Of a stretch of DNA of 64,000 bases, positions 14,701 through 26,069 are shown piece by piece (within the stretch, counting starts at the first letter, position 1; every line of letters starts with the position of its first letter). Origin of the DNA: Leucoraja ocellata. Taxonomy: Eukaryota. The position numbers and the translations under genes are program-made. The notes beneath the pieces are model-generated. The model was not told where the DNA came from, made no database searches, and worked only from the letters and a program-made list of their open reading frames with translations. The stretch lies in contig JAWMAR010000253.1 of the NCBI GenBank assembly GCA_036785375.1, forward strand, positions 2,170,001 to 2,234,000. Reading direction: 5' to 3'.

Positions 14701-17301
14701 GGATCAGGGGGTATGGAGAGAAGGCAGGTACAGGATACTGAGTTGGATGATCAGCCATGATCATATTGAATGGCGGTGCAGGCTCGAAGGGCCGAATGGC
14801 CTCCTCCTGCACCTATTTTCTATGTTACTAGCATGATCCTACACACGAGGGACAATTTACAATTAACTTAAGCCATTTAACCTATAAACTTGCACGTCTT
14901 GGGAGTGTGGGAGGAAACCAGATCACCCAATGAAAACCCAGGCGGTCACAGTGAGAACGTGCAAACTCCATACAGACAGCACTATAGTCAGGATTGAATC
15001 CGGCTCTCTGGCGCTGTAAGGCAGCAACTCTACCGCTGCGCCACTGTGCCGCCATCTTTGTCCTCTTAGTTAATTTCACATTAGTTTTTTTGGTCGAGTT
15101 CAAGGCAATTGAAATTCTGCATTTGAAGATGCACGCATTGGAAAAAGTCAGTTGGCGAATTACAGAGATACTATTTCAACCCCAGCACTGAACCCAGGAA
15201 ATGATAAAGTCACTAATTTGAAAGCATGAAGTCAGTAAAAAGCAGTTATTGATAAGGGAAACTATCCTGTAAGCTAGTGTGAAAGATTCTCATTTCCAGA
15301 TCTCTGAGTCTGATTGTGATATAGTCAATCCAGTGTCACCAACAATTCACCCTTCTCAGAAGCAAGACCAGGGATCGCTGGTCGATACGGACACCGTGGG
15401 CCGAAGGGCCTTTTCCGTGCTGTATCTCTAAACTAAATTAAATTAAAAATTTATTAGTTCCAAATGATAATAATTTTGTACAAAAAAATGTTCTCTCCCA
15501 TCACTTGTGCCTTATGCCCAGTATCTATCCTCTAGCCCTGGAAACATCTGCCAATGGAAAAATCATCTTAAAGGCTGCTGACATTTTGCCCAGTGGCATA
15601 AAATATTCAGTGTTCTTCCCAACAACACTTTGAACTTCATGTGCATTAGAGAAATTTAGTTTAGAGATACAGTGCCCTTCGGCGCACCGAGTCTGAGCCA
15701 ACCAATAATCTCCGTACACTAGCACTATCCTACACTCCAGGGAAAATTTCCAATTTTTACCAAAGTCAAATTAACATACGAACAGGCTTTGCAGTATGAG
15801 AGGAAACTAGAGTACCCCGGGAAAAGATACACGGTCACGGAGAAAATGTACAAACTCCGTACAGACAATACTCGTAGTCAGGACCGAACCTGAGCCTCTA
15901 GCACTGTTAGGCAACAACTCTTCCGCTGTGGCACCATGCCACCCTGGTTGCACCAGGTTGTGAGAATTAGTTTATTTAAACATTCAACAATGGTACAATC
16001 AAGAGAGAACGGTGGAAAAAAGATTTCTGATAGTGTGCTTAGTGTGAAAAGATAAAGCCACAAACCTTCATGGGCAGGACAGAGCTGTGTTAGATCCACG
16101 CTCCGCGTCTCCTCACTAACAGGGTTCCCCACGGTGCAGTTGTACACACTGTTGTTGTTGGGTAGAGGTATGGAGAGTGCCAGCCTTCTCCCTTCGTCAG
16201 TCAGTATGTGCAACCCATCTGCCGTGACCTTGCCATCTCCTGACCACCAAGTGTAGACTGGCTCGGTGCCGTGCTCCAGTGAACACACCAAGCTAACGTT
16301 ACACACCCCTTCGGTGAAGGCTTCACTGATATCTATTACTGGTAATGACACTCGTTCTGTTTTAAAGAAAAACACAAATACAAGCCATGGAATAATAACA
16401 ATCAGAAGGTGCTAGCCATGAGTTTCCCACAAGAACATTAAGAGTAGAAGATTCTTTAGTTTAGTTTAGAGATGCAGTGTAGAAACAAGCCCTTCGACCC
16501 ACAGACTCCGCGCCCATCCCCGCACACGAGCACTATCCTACACACACTACGGACAATTCTCAAACTCTGTACAGACAAGTACCTGTAGTTTTAGTGCAAA
16601 CTCCTTCTCGTGATTTTACAAAATGAATTGTCCAGGTTACACTTTGCCACCAAAACTAGATCACAAGTAAACTCGTTATTAGCAGAGAAAGTTTAATGAC
16701 AGGTGGCCCTATCATCTTACAGAGAAGTCAGATGGCTTGGAGAACCCATCCTAATGCTCTGCCATTAATATTCAAACAGCAAATACTGGGGATGGGTTCC
16801 TAAATAAGCAAGGACTCCAACCCATGTAATGTTTCAGTACTCACCCTGCCCGTATAACCCACACACTTGGGCTCACATCGAAAGCCTTATCTTGATTTCC
16901 CCTTATATCTTTAAGTTCTTAATGATTGTTAGATTGGAAAATACACTGTTTTTTAAACTGAAATAGATTACCATAAATCTTCAGTTCTGTCACTTGTACG
17001 TGGACAGCCAGAGTCGTCCTTAAGTTCATTTCATATAGACCTTGATCATGTTCTGTTAGGTTCTGTATTTCCAGACTACAGTCCTTCAGGTTTAACCTGA
17101 TTCGCTGTTTGTTACAATGTATTGGATTGTTTTGAGTTTTCGTACATAATTGAACCTTTCCTGTTGTTGGTGAACTTTGGTAATCCCAAGTGAGGATTGA
17201 AATGTTTTCTCCTGAGATATATCCTGGTAACGTGACTGACTGTCCCAGTATCCCATTCACCAAGCGACGAGTGCCTGGTTTCCCAGCAGTCTGTCCCAGA
17301 C
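5567..17301 (-). CDS. CD2/SLAM-family immunoglobulin-superfamily receptor, spliced model of 7 exons (leader exon not located)
   Basis: IgV + IgC2 + TM + Tyr-motif tail; all six introns are GT-AG and junction phases 1,1,2,1,1,0 join into one open frame ending TGA at 5569-5567. Confidence 0.85.
6835..7890 (-). mobile_element. Penelope-like element 3' part (RT thumb plus GIY-YIG endonuclease) with terminal hammerhead motif
   Basis: SIPYSQFLRLRRICS; CNRKRCNTC; NLIYCVRCSRCQQIYIGETKRRLGDRFAEH; CTGAAGA-stem-GAAACGTT at 6928-6901. Confidence 0.92.
8898..8944 (-). CDS. Cytoplasmic micro-exon 3 (EGRTNSGIYIKKKRIL)
   Basis: Acceptor ctttctttcaattaattattgtgccag|AA, donor CTG|gtaatg, 47 bp, phase 1-0 bridging to the terminal exon; spans an A9 run. 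Confidence 0.6.
9063..9262. other. Assembly gap (200 N) inside the receptor gene; further gaps at 61579-61761 and 61842-61981
   Basis: Runs of N. Confidence 1.
10430..10856 (+). mobile_element. CR1 family B 3' fragment (representative; similar copies at about 14318-14827, 17465-17835, 18840-19338, 21815-22505, 30275-30700, 31667-31903, 32138-32403, 32855-33470, 36898-37270, 37580-38045, 38697-39255, 44875-45312, 47901-48287, 53228-53605, 53784-54308, 57995-58220, 59588-60060)
   Basis: Near-identical LDAGRLFPMLGKSRTRGHSLRIRG...GYGEKAGTGY coding end, 3' stem ggccgaatggcc and ttctatgt tail. Confidence 0.9.
11592..11639 (-). CDS. Cytoplasmic micro-exon 2 (GHEKRLFNYVPPNASP)
   Basis: Donor CAG|gtaagc, weaker acceptor gtgttggatag|GA, 48 bp, phase 1-1; unique island between repeats. 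Confidence 0.68.
11742..11957. mobile_element. PIF/Harbinger-like MITE family 1 (copies: 21988-22211; 33518-34663 split; 51460-51680; partial 48665-48727 and 54308-54436)
   Basis: Long terminal inverted repeats TGCCCCTGTCCCACTTAGGAAACCTGAACGG...; TWA flanks. Confidence 0.8.
12367..12407 (-). CDS. Cytoplasmic micro-exon 1 (SSLGDLQWDAQRTS)
   Basis: Strong acceptor cttcttcttccag|T, strong donor CAG|gtatgt, 41 bp, phase 2-1 as required by the TM exon. Confidence 0.82.
12682..12805 (-). CDS. Exon: transmembrane helix and basic stop-transfer
   Basis: Acceptor gatcctttttcag|GT, donor GCAG|gtactc, 124 bp, phase 1-2; IGLITAGIVVGAIILASIGCMYW-KKK. Confidence 0.9.
14880..15057 (-). mobile_element. tRNA-derived HE1-like SINE (copies or fragments at about 13730-14045, 15655-15945, 26412-26650, 28945-29152, 49003-49085, 53610-53785, 58395-58645, 63815-63960)
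   Basis: Pol III A box gtggcgcagcgg, B box gg(a/g)ttc(a/g)atcc; full copies end in a CR1-like gggcctgtttccgtgctgta plus (taaac)n tail. Confidence 0.8.
16066..16356 (-). CDS. Exon: IgC2 domain with four cysteines (CD2/SLAM type)
   Basis: Acceptor tttctttaaaacag|AA, donor GAAG|gtttgt, 291 bp, phase 1-1; ERVSLPVI...CNVSLVC...YTW...YNCTVGNPVS...LTQLC. Confidence 0.93.
16972..17301 (-). CDS. Exon: N-terminal IgV domain lacking the canonical B/F-strand disulfide
   Basis: Acceptor cttgtccttgtgtttcag|GT, donor TATG|gtaatc, 330 bp, phase 1-1; VNGILGQSVTLP...LTW...SLEIQNLTEHDQGLYEM...ELKIY. Confidence 0.93.
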
Positions 17302-20086
17302 CTGAAACACAAGGACAAGATATTAGTGCCATCAGCTCTGGGGTGTTGGTGTTCATAGTTTTCCAGCCCAGCAGTGAGTTGTCCCAACCCAAATGGACAA
17401 GGGCAACAGGCACATGAGTATTCCACCACCCATACAGATGAGGTTCTGAATGAATAATCTTAAAAACACAGAAAGTAGCTGCAGAAGTAGGCCATTCGGC
17501 CCTTCGAGCCAGCATCGGCATTCAATGTGATCATGGCTGATCATCCAGAATCATTACCCTGTTCCTGCTTTTCCCCCATATCCCTTGATTCCGTTAGCCC
17601 TAAGAGCTGTCTCTTAACTACCTCTTGAATACAGCCATTGAATTTGACTCCACTGCCTTCTGTGGCAGAGAAATCCACTGTTTTACAACTCTCTGTGTGA
17701 AAAGGTCTTTCCTTATCTCAGTCCTAAATGGCCCACCCCTTATTCTTAAACTGTGACCCCTACTTCTGGACTCCCCCAACATCAGGAACATTTTTCGTAC
17801 AGCTCACCTGTCTAATCCTTTAAGAATTTTATAAGTATCTTGCATTTATCTTGCAAGGGAGAAAGCAGGCTGTCATTTCACTCTTGCCCATTCTACATTA
17901 TCAAAGGGACCCCAGTTTACAGCAGACCAGTCTGGTTGGAGTGGTGGTAGATATGATAGTGGCATCTAAGGAGCTTTGAGATAGGCACATTGATATGCAG
18001 GAAATGGGGGAATATGGATTACGTGCAGGCAGTTGAGATTGGTTTTAACTTGGCATCAGTTCAGTATTCACATTGTCGCTGAAGGGTCTGTTCCTGCTCT
18101 GCACCGTTCCATGTGGAATGATGGAGCATCCCGCATATTTCCTACCCTCTGTAGCCCTTGTAACAAGTCATTTCTTTATCCAGATCAGAGGCAATGAAGG
18201 GCTAAGTATAAGCAGACTGGGGCCAGTGCGGAGGAAGGAACTCCAGATGCTGGTTTATACCCAAGAGACACAACATACTGGAAGAACTCAGCGGGTCAGG
18301 CAGCATCTCTGGAGAAAAGGAATAGGTGATGTTTCGGGTCAAGACTCTTCTTCAGACTGAGAGTCGGGGAGAGGCAAACTAGAGATTTGAAATGATACAA
18401 AGAATATGTGAATGAATGAAAGATATGAAAAGAACAGATTAAAGCCATCAACGATGATCAAGGAATGGTGGAGCCCACAATGGTCCATTGTTGGCTGTGG
18501 AAAAGATGATAATGAGTGGATGCAAACAGTGTAACTAGTAAGGGGATGAGGTTGGGGGAGGGATGGAAATAGGGAATGCAAGGGTTACATGAAATTGGAG
18601 AAATCAATATTGATACAGCTGGAATGTAAGCTGCCTAAGCGAAATACAGAGTACTTTGCCCGGAAGGATGTGTGTGTTTAATCTTTATTTATTGATGATC
18701 TGAATATAGATTTCCCAGTAGCTGGGGCGGGCTTTTTATTCCCATCTCCGGATGCTAATATTAGTTTTAGAATGATAAATCACACTGCACAATCAAAAGC
18801 ATATGTGTAGAACACAGGGAGAGATAAAGGATAGGCTTTAGGGAGTACAGAGAAGGTTCACCAGACTGATTCCTGGGATGGCAGGACTTTCATATGAAGA
18901 AAGACTGGATAGACTCGGCTTGTACTCGCTGGAATTTAGAAGATTGAGGGGGGATCTCATAGAAACTTACAAAATTCTTAAGGGGTTGGACAGGTTAGAT
19001 GCAGGAAGATTATTCCCGATGTTGGGGAAGTCCAGAAGTAGGGGTCACAGTTTAAGGATAAGAGGGAAGTCTTTTAGGACCGAGATGAGAAAATCATTTT
19101 TTACGCAGAGAGTGGTGAATCTGTGGAATTCCCTGCCACAGAAGGTAGTTGAGGCCACAGTTCATTGACTATATTTAAGAGGGAGTTAGATGTGGCCCTT
19201 GTGGCTAAAGGGATCAGGGGGTATGGATAGAAGGCAGGTAAAGGATACTGAGTTGGATGATCAGCCATGATCATATTGAATGGCTGTGCAGGCTCGAAGG
19301 GCCGAATGGCCTACTCCTGCACCTATTTTCTATGTTTCTGTTTCATGACGTGGCTTCTGTTAGCCCAAAAAACATGAAGAGGTTTTATCCAAGTTTGCTC
19401 TTGTCATCAATCCCAGGTCCTGTCAGTTTCCTTAGACTTTGGATAGATGCAAAATGCTGGAATAATTCAGCGGGACAGGCAGCATCCCTGGAGAGAAGGA
19501 ATGGGTGACATTTCGGGTCAATTCTACATTTTCCATGATCTCCATTCCCTTTGACCTGTTTTCACACCTTCCCGATTCCTTATCTATGTATCTCCTTCCC
19601 CTCTGACGTCAGACTGAAGAAGGGTCTCAATCCGAAATGTCACCCATTCCTTCGCTCCAGGGATGCTGCCTGTCCTGCTGAGTTACTCCAGCATTTTGTG
19701 TCTGTCTTCAGTCTAAACCAGTATCTGCAGTTCCTTCCTACAACTTTAGACTTTACTTCAGACTTTAGGGATACAATGTCGAAACAAGCCCTTCTGCCCA
19801 CCGAGTCCATGCCAACCAGCAATCACCCCATACACTTGCACTATCCTGCACACTAGAGACAATTTACAAATGCCAATTAACCTACAGACACATCTTTGGC
19901 ATGTGGGAGGGAACTGGAGCACCTGGAGAAGACCCACACGGTCACAGGAAGAACGTACAAACTCTGTAGATTTTTTAGATTCAAAACTTTATTGTCATTA
20001 TGCAGTGTACAAGTACAGAGACAACGAAATGCAGTTAGCGTCTCACCCAGAAGTACGAACACAGAATAATGGAACAGTAATATATA

Positions 20087-20830
20087 TAACCTGGCCCTTA
20101 ACTCCAAGAAGACCAAGGAGCTCATTGTAGACTTCAGGAAGTCCAGAGGTGGCACGCACACCCCCATCCACATTAACGGGACGGAGGTGGAACGTGTTTC
20201 TAGCTTCAGGTTCCTGGGGGTCAACATCTCCGATGACCTCTCTTGGACCCACAATACCTCTACTCTGATCAAGAAGGCTCATCAGCGTCTCTTCTTCCTG
20301 AGGAGACTGAAGAAGGTCCATCTGTCCCCTCAGATCCTGGTGAACTTCTACCGCTGCACCATCGAGAGCATCCTTACCAACTGCATCACAGTATGGTATG
20401 GCAACTGCTCTGTCTCCGACCGGAAGGCATTGCAGAGGGTGGTGAAAATTGCCCAACGCATCACCGGTTCCTTGCTCCCCTCCATTGAGTCTGTCCAAAG
20501 CAAGCGCTGTCTGCGGAGGGCGCTCAGCATCGCCAAGGACTGCTCTCACCCCAACCACCGACTGTTTACCCACCTACCATCCTGGAGGCGCTACAGGTTC
20601 TCCGTTGCCGAACCAGCAGGTCGAGGAACAGCTTCTTTCTGGCAGCTGTCGCTCTATTCAACAAAGTACCTCGGTGACTGCCAATCACCACCCCCCCTCC
20701 CGGACACTTATTATTATTTATTCAAATCGTTTGCTATGTCGCTCTTCCAGGGAGATGCTAAATGCATTTTGTTGTCTCTGTACTGTACACTGACAATGAC
20801 AATTAAAATTGAATCTGAATCTGAATCTGA
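20087..20830 (+). mobile_element. Rex1/Babar LINE 3' fragment
   Basis: KTKELIVDFRK...FRFLGVNISDDLSW...NFYRCTIESILTNCITVWYG; (GAATCT)n tail. Confidence 0.9.
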
Positions 20831-20999
20831 ATATACAGTAGCAGTAGTACAAATTTCTGTGGGGGTGAGTGAGATTAGTGACTGGGGGAAGGAGTGTCCG
20901 GGGGGGAGGGGGGGGGGGGGGGGGGGGTGACTGGCAATCAGCAAGGTACAGAGTTAAGTAGGGTAACAGCTGCAGGGAAGAAGCTGTTCCTGAACCTGA

Positions 21000-21250
21000 T
21001 CTCCTAGACTGTGGAACAGCATCCCCCTTCCCATCAGAACTGCCCCCGCCCTCGACTCCTTTAAGTCAAGGCTAAAATCTTATCTATACTCACAAGCCTT
21101 TCCTGACGTCCACTGTGCGAGGGCTACATGTATATATGTATGTAGTCTGTTTTGTTGTGCTATTCTTATAACAAATGTAAAGCACTTTGGCCAATGAGAG
21201 TTATTTTTTAAATGTGCTATATGAATAAACGTGACTTGACTTGACTTGAA
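21000..21250 (+). mobile_element. L2-like LINE 3' end
   Basis: Degenerate LWNS.P..IR...L.SFKS.LK.YLY coding end, gtaaagcacttt...aatgtgctata stem region, (GACTT)n tail. Confidence 0.6.
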
Positions 21251-22504
21251 CCTGCTGGTCCAGCAACGGGGAGACCTGTAGCGACTCCCGGATGGGAGGA
21301 GGGTAAACAGACTGTGGCTGGGGTGAGAGCAGTCCTTGACGATGCTGAGCGCCCTTCGCAGACAATGCTTGCTCTGGGCAGACTCACTGGACGGGAGTGA
21401 GGAACCGGTGATGCGTTGGGCAGTTTTCACCACCCTCTGCAGTGCTTTCCGGTCAGAGACAAAGCAGTTGCGATACCATACTGTGATACAGTACAGTACA
21501 GTACATACTGTATAGGGAGCACCCTGATCAACATTGTGAGGCAGCAGCTCTACCACCGTGCCAGATTTGCCTAGACGGGGAATAACATGTGAAAAGTACA
21601 GATGGGTGCTTGATGAGTCAGCGGGGACTTTGTGGGTCAAATGGCCTGTTTCCAAACTGCGTGACACTATAATGAGGAAGTGCCACGGTGGTTTCTTGAG
21701 TAAACACCCTCAATGAATAGACATTGACTAATGCAGTAAAACTGCTCCAGATGGCGAAACACTCAGCAGGGAGAGGGATAATAAGAATGTAGTTGTATAG
21801 TTACGAAACAGGCCTTTAGAAAACGTAGACATAGAAAACATAGAAATAGGTGCAGGAGGAGGCCATTTGGCCCTTCAAGCTAGCACCGCCATTCATTGTG
21901 ATCATTGCTGATCATCCACAATCAGTAACCCATGCCTGCCTTCTCCCCATATCCCTTGATTCCACCAGCCCCTAGAGCTCTATCTTATGCCCCTGTCCCA
22001 CTTAGGAAACCTGAACGGAAACCTCTGGAGACTTTGCACCCCACCCAAGGTTTCCGTGCGGTTCCCGGAGGTTTTTGTCAGTCTCCCTACCTGCTTCCAC
22101 TACCTGCAACCTCCGGCAACCACCCGCAACCTCCGGGAACCGCAGGTGGGGCGCAAAGTCCCCAGAGGTTTCCGTTCAGGTTTCCTAAGTTTCCTAAGTG
22201 GGACAGGGGCATAAAACTCTCTTTTAAATTCATCCAGTGTATTGGGTCTCTAAGAGAATTCCCCCGATTCACAAATCTCTGAGTGAAGATTTTTCATCTC
22301 GGGTTTAAACGGCCTCCACTTTATTCTTAGACTGTGGCCCCCTGGTTCTGGACTCCCCCAACATTGGGAACATTTTTCCTGCATCTAGCTTGTCCAGTCC
22401 TTTTATAATTTGATATGTTTCTAAAAGAACCCCTCTCATCCTTCTGAATTCCAGTGAATACAAGCCTAGTCTTTCCAATCTTTCCTCATATGACAGTCCC
22501 GCCA

Positions 22505-23380
22505 TCAGATTCAGATTCAATTTTAACTGTCATTGTCAGTGTACAGTACAGAGACAACGAAATGCATTTAGCATCTCCCTTGAAGAGCGACATAGCAAAC
22601 GATTTGAATAAAAAATAAATAACAAGTGTCCGGGGGGGGGGTGATTGGCAGTCACCGAGGTACGTTTAGTAGAGTGACAGCCGCCGGAAAGAAGCTGTTC
22701 CTCGACCTGCTGGTTCGGCAACGGAGAGACCTGTAGCGCCTCCCGGATGGTAGGAGGGTAAACAGTCCATGGTTGGGGTGAGAGCAGTCCTTGGCGATGC
22801 TGAGCGCCCTCCGCAGACAGCGCTTGCTTTGGACAGACTCAATGGAGGGGAGCGTGGAACCGGTGATGCATTGGGCAATTTTCACCACCCTCTGCAGTGC
22901 CTTCCGGTCGGAGACAGAGCAGTTGCCATACCATACTGTGATGCAGTTGGTAAGGATGCTCTCGATGGTGCAGCGGTAGAAGTTCACCAGGATCTGAGGA
23001 GACAGATGGACCTTCTTCAGTCTCCTCAGGAAGAAGAGACGCTGATGAGCCTTCTTGATCAGAGTAGAGGTATTGTGGGTCCAAGAGAGGTCATCGGAGA
23101 TGTTGACTCCCAGGAACCTGAAGCTAGAAACACGTTCCACCTCCGTCCCGTTAATGTGGATGGGGGTGTGCGTGCCACCTCTGGACTTCCTGAAGTCTAC
23201 AATGAGCTCCTTGGTCTTCTTGGAGTTAAGGGCCAGGTTGTTGTCAGCGCACCATGCTGCTAAGTGCTGGACCTCCTCCCTGTAGGCCAGCTCATCGTTG
23301 TTGCTGATGAGGCCAATCACCGTTGTATCATCTGCATACTTGATGATGGTGTTAGTACCATGTACAGGTGTGCAGTCATA
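22505..23380 (-). mobile_element. Rex1/Babar LINE 3' fragment (same family as 20087-20830)
   Basis: YADDT region to RNSFFPAAVTLL; (GAATCT)n tail. Confidence 0.9.
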
Positions 23381-23901
23381 GGTGAAGAGATCCCGGGGAT
23401 TAACCTCGTGAATCTACGCTGCACTGCCTCAATCACAAGGATGTCCTTCCTCAAATTAGGGGACCAAAACTGCACACAATACTCCAGATGTGGTCCCATC
23501 AGGGCCCTGTACAATTGCACAATTACCTCTTTACTACAATATACAAATCCTCTCGTTGTGAAGGCCAACATGCCATTAGCTTTCTTCACTGCAACCCTTA
23601 GGTCCAACTCATCCATGCCGATCAAGATACCGCATCTAAGCCAGTTCCCTTGGCCCATGTCGATAGAGTTATAGAGTGATACAGCGTGGAAACAGGACCT
23701 TCGACCAACTTGCCCACACCGGCCAGCGTGCCCCAGCTGCATTAGTTCCATCTGCCCGCGTTTGGCCTGTATACCTCCAAGTGTCTTTTAAATAATGTAA
23801 ATAGTACCTGCCTCCTCTGGCAGCTCATTCCATCCACCCTCCACCTTCTGAGTGACAATATTGCTTGTGATGCACCTATTAAATCTTTCCCCTCTCTCCT
23901 T

Positions 23902-25252
23902 AGAAACATAGAAATTAGGTGCAGGATTAGGCCATTCGGCCCTTCGAGCCCGCACCGCCATTCAATATGATCATGGCTGATCATCCAACTCAGTATCCCG
24001 TACCTGCCTTCTCTCCATACCCTCTGATCCCCTTAGCCACAAGGGCCACATCTAACTCCCTCTTAAATATAGCCAAGGAACTGGCCTTGACTACCCTCTG
24101 CGGCAGAGAGTTCCAGAGATCTGTGTGAAAAAAGTTCTTCTCATCTCGGTTTTAAAGGATTTCCCCCTTATCCTTAAGCTGTGTCCCCTTGTCCTGGACT
24201 TCCCCAACATCGGGAGCAATCTTCCTGCATCTAGCCTGTCCAACCCCTTAAGAATTTTGTAAGTTTCTATAAGATCCCCTCTCAATCTCCTAAATTCTAG
24301 AGAGTATAAACCAAGTCTACCCAGTCTTTCTTCATAAGACAGTCCTGACATCCCAGGAATCAGTCTGGTGAACCTTCTCTGCACTCCCTTTATGGCAATA
24401 ATGTCCTTCCTCAGATTTGGCGACCAAAACTGTACGCAATACTCCAGGTGTGGTCTCACCAAGACCCTGTACAACTGCAGTAGAACCTCCCTGCTCCTAT
24501 ACTCAAATCCTTTTGCTATGAAAGCCAACATACCATTCGCTTTCTTTACTGCCTGCTGCACCTGCATGCCTATCTTCAATGACTGGTGTACCATCACACC
24601 CAGGTCTCGCTGCATCTCCCCCTTTCCCAATCGGCCACCATTTAGATAATAGTCTGCTTTCCCGTTTTTGCCACCAAAATGGATAACCTCACATTTATCC
24701 ACATTATACTGCATCTGCCAAACATTTGCCCACTCACCCAGCCTATCCAAGTCACCTTCAGTCTCCTAGCATCTTCCTCACAGCTAACATTGCCCCCCAG
24801 CTTAGTGTCATCTGCAAACTTGGAGATATTGCCTTCAATTCCCTCTTTCTTTAAGTTCAGAACCATTGTTTCTGAATTAACAATGTCACTCTCCATCCTA
24901 ATGAAGAACTCAACCATATTATGGTCACTCTTGCCCAAGGGGGCACGTACAACAAGATTGCTAACTAACCCTTCCTCATTACTCAATACCCAGTCTAAAA
25001 TAGCCTGCTCTCTCGTTGGTTCCTCTACATGTTGATTTAGATAACTATCCCGCATACATTCCAAGAAATCCTCTTCCTCAGCACCCCTGCCAATTTGATT
25101 CACCCAATCTATATGTAGATTGAAGTCACCCATTATAACTGTTTTGCCTTTGTCGCACGCATTTCTAATTTCCTGTTTGATACCATCTCCAACTTCACTA
25201 CTACTGTTAGGTGGCCTGTACACAACACCCACCAGCGTTTTCTGCCCCTTAG
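23902..25252 (-). mobile_element. CR1 family B with in-frame internal deletion (endonuclease fused to the RT C-terminal part)
   Basis: GVVYRPP...MGDFN...SDHN...VLNLKK joined directly to EGIEGNISKFADDTK at about 24845. Confidence 0.85.
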
Positions 25253-26019
25253 TGCCCCTTAAACCTGCATCCCCTGGTTCTCGATTCCCCTGGCATGGTC
25301 AGTCACAGCTTTCTCCCTCCATTCACTGCACATGAAGAGGAAAGGTTTAGAGGGCCATGAGCCAAACCCAACCAGGTGGGACTAGTTTAGAGGGGGCATC
25401 TTGCTAGGAATTGGCTGGGTGGGCAGAAGGGCCTGCTTCCTCGCTGGATGGGGAAATGGCTCCCAGGCTCTAAGCAGTTCATGTTTCAGTTGGTAGACTG
25501 ACAGACAGTATTGCAAGCATTTTGTGCAACTGTCGATCTGTCCGTTAGTGAAGCTTTGCAGCCAAACACTTGTTTATTTTGGTCTCAGAGGCAGAGCACA
25601 CAGCACGGTGACTGGAGGGAGGAAACCGTGACTGACCACCCCCTGGTCAAGAACCAGAGGAGATAGGTTTTGCAGGTGGACAAAGAAGGGAGAGATTGAA
25701 CGTTTTGATGCCTTCCATCACAGTGAGGAATGTGGAGGAGTCACTGTGGTGGATGTTTATGTTGAAATGTATTTTGTGTGTTCTGTTGCTTCTTATTGGT
25801 ATGACTATGGCTAATCAAATTCCTCGTATGTTGCAAATAAAATATGATTATGATTATGATCGTGATTAGATCAGAGGGGCATGATTTGACAGAAACCTGT
25901 ACTAGACGAGCAACATTTTCACTCAGAGACGGAGGGTGTAAGAAATTTAGATGAGAGGGTGCAACTACTGTAGTGAAACTAACGTGGGAGTTAAAATCAG
26001 ATTACATTTCTTGGTATGG

Positions 26020-26069
26020 TTAAATTTTGACTAACGTTGTATATTCTGTGTCCTTTTGTATAGTCTGAC
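26020..26069 (-). CDS. Candidate orphan terminal exon with ITIM/ITSM-like TEYTTL
   Basis: Acceptor tttatgtcttcactcctgtag|GT; phase 1 reads (G)QTIQKDTEYTTLVKI*; no upstream exons found. Confidence 0.3.

Noticed and set aside
14880-15057. tRNA gene
   Set aside because: A and B boxes are present, but it continues into a multi-copy SINE body; no complete cloverleaf evident
21610-21700. AP-1 (tgagtca) and ETS (gaggaagt) motifs as an immune enhancer
   Set aside because: Short motifs expected by chance, partly within a repeat relic; no supporting evidence
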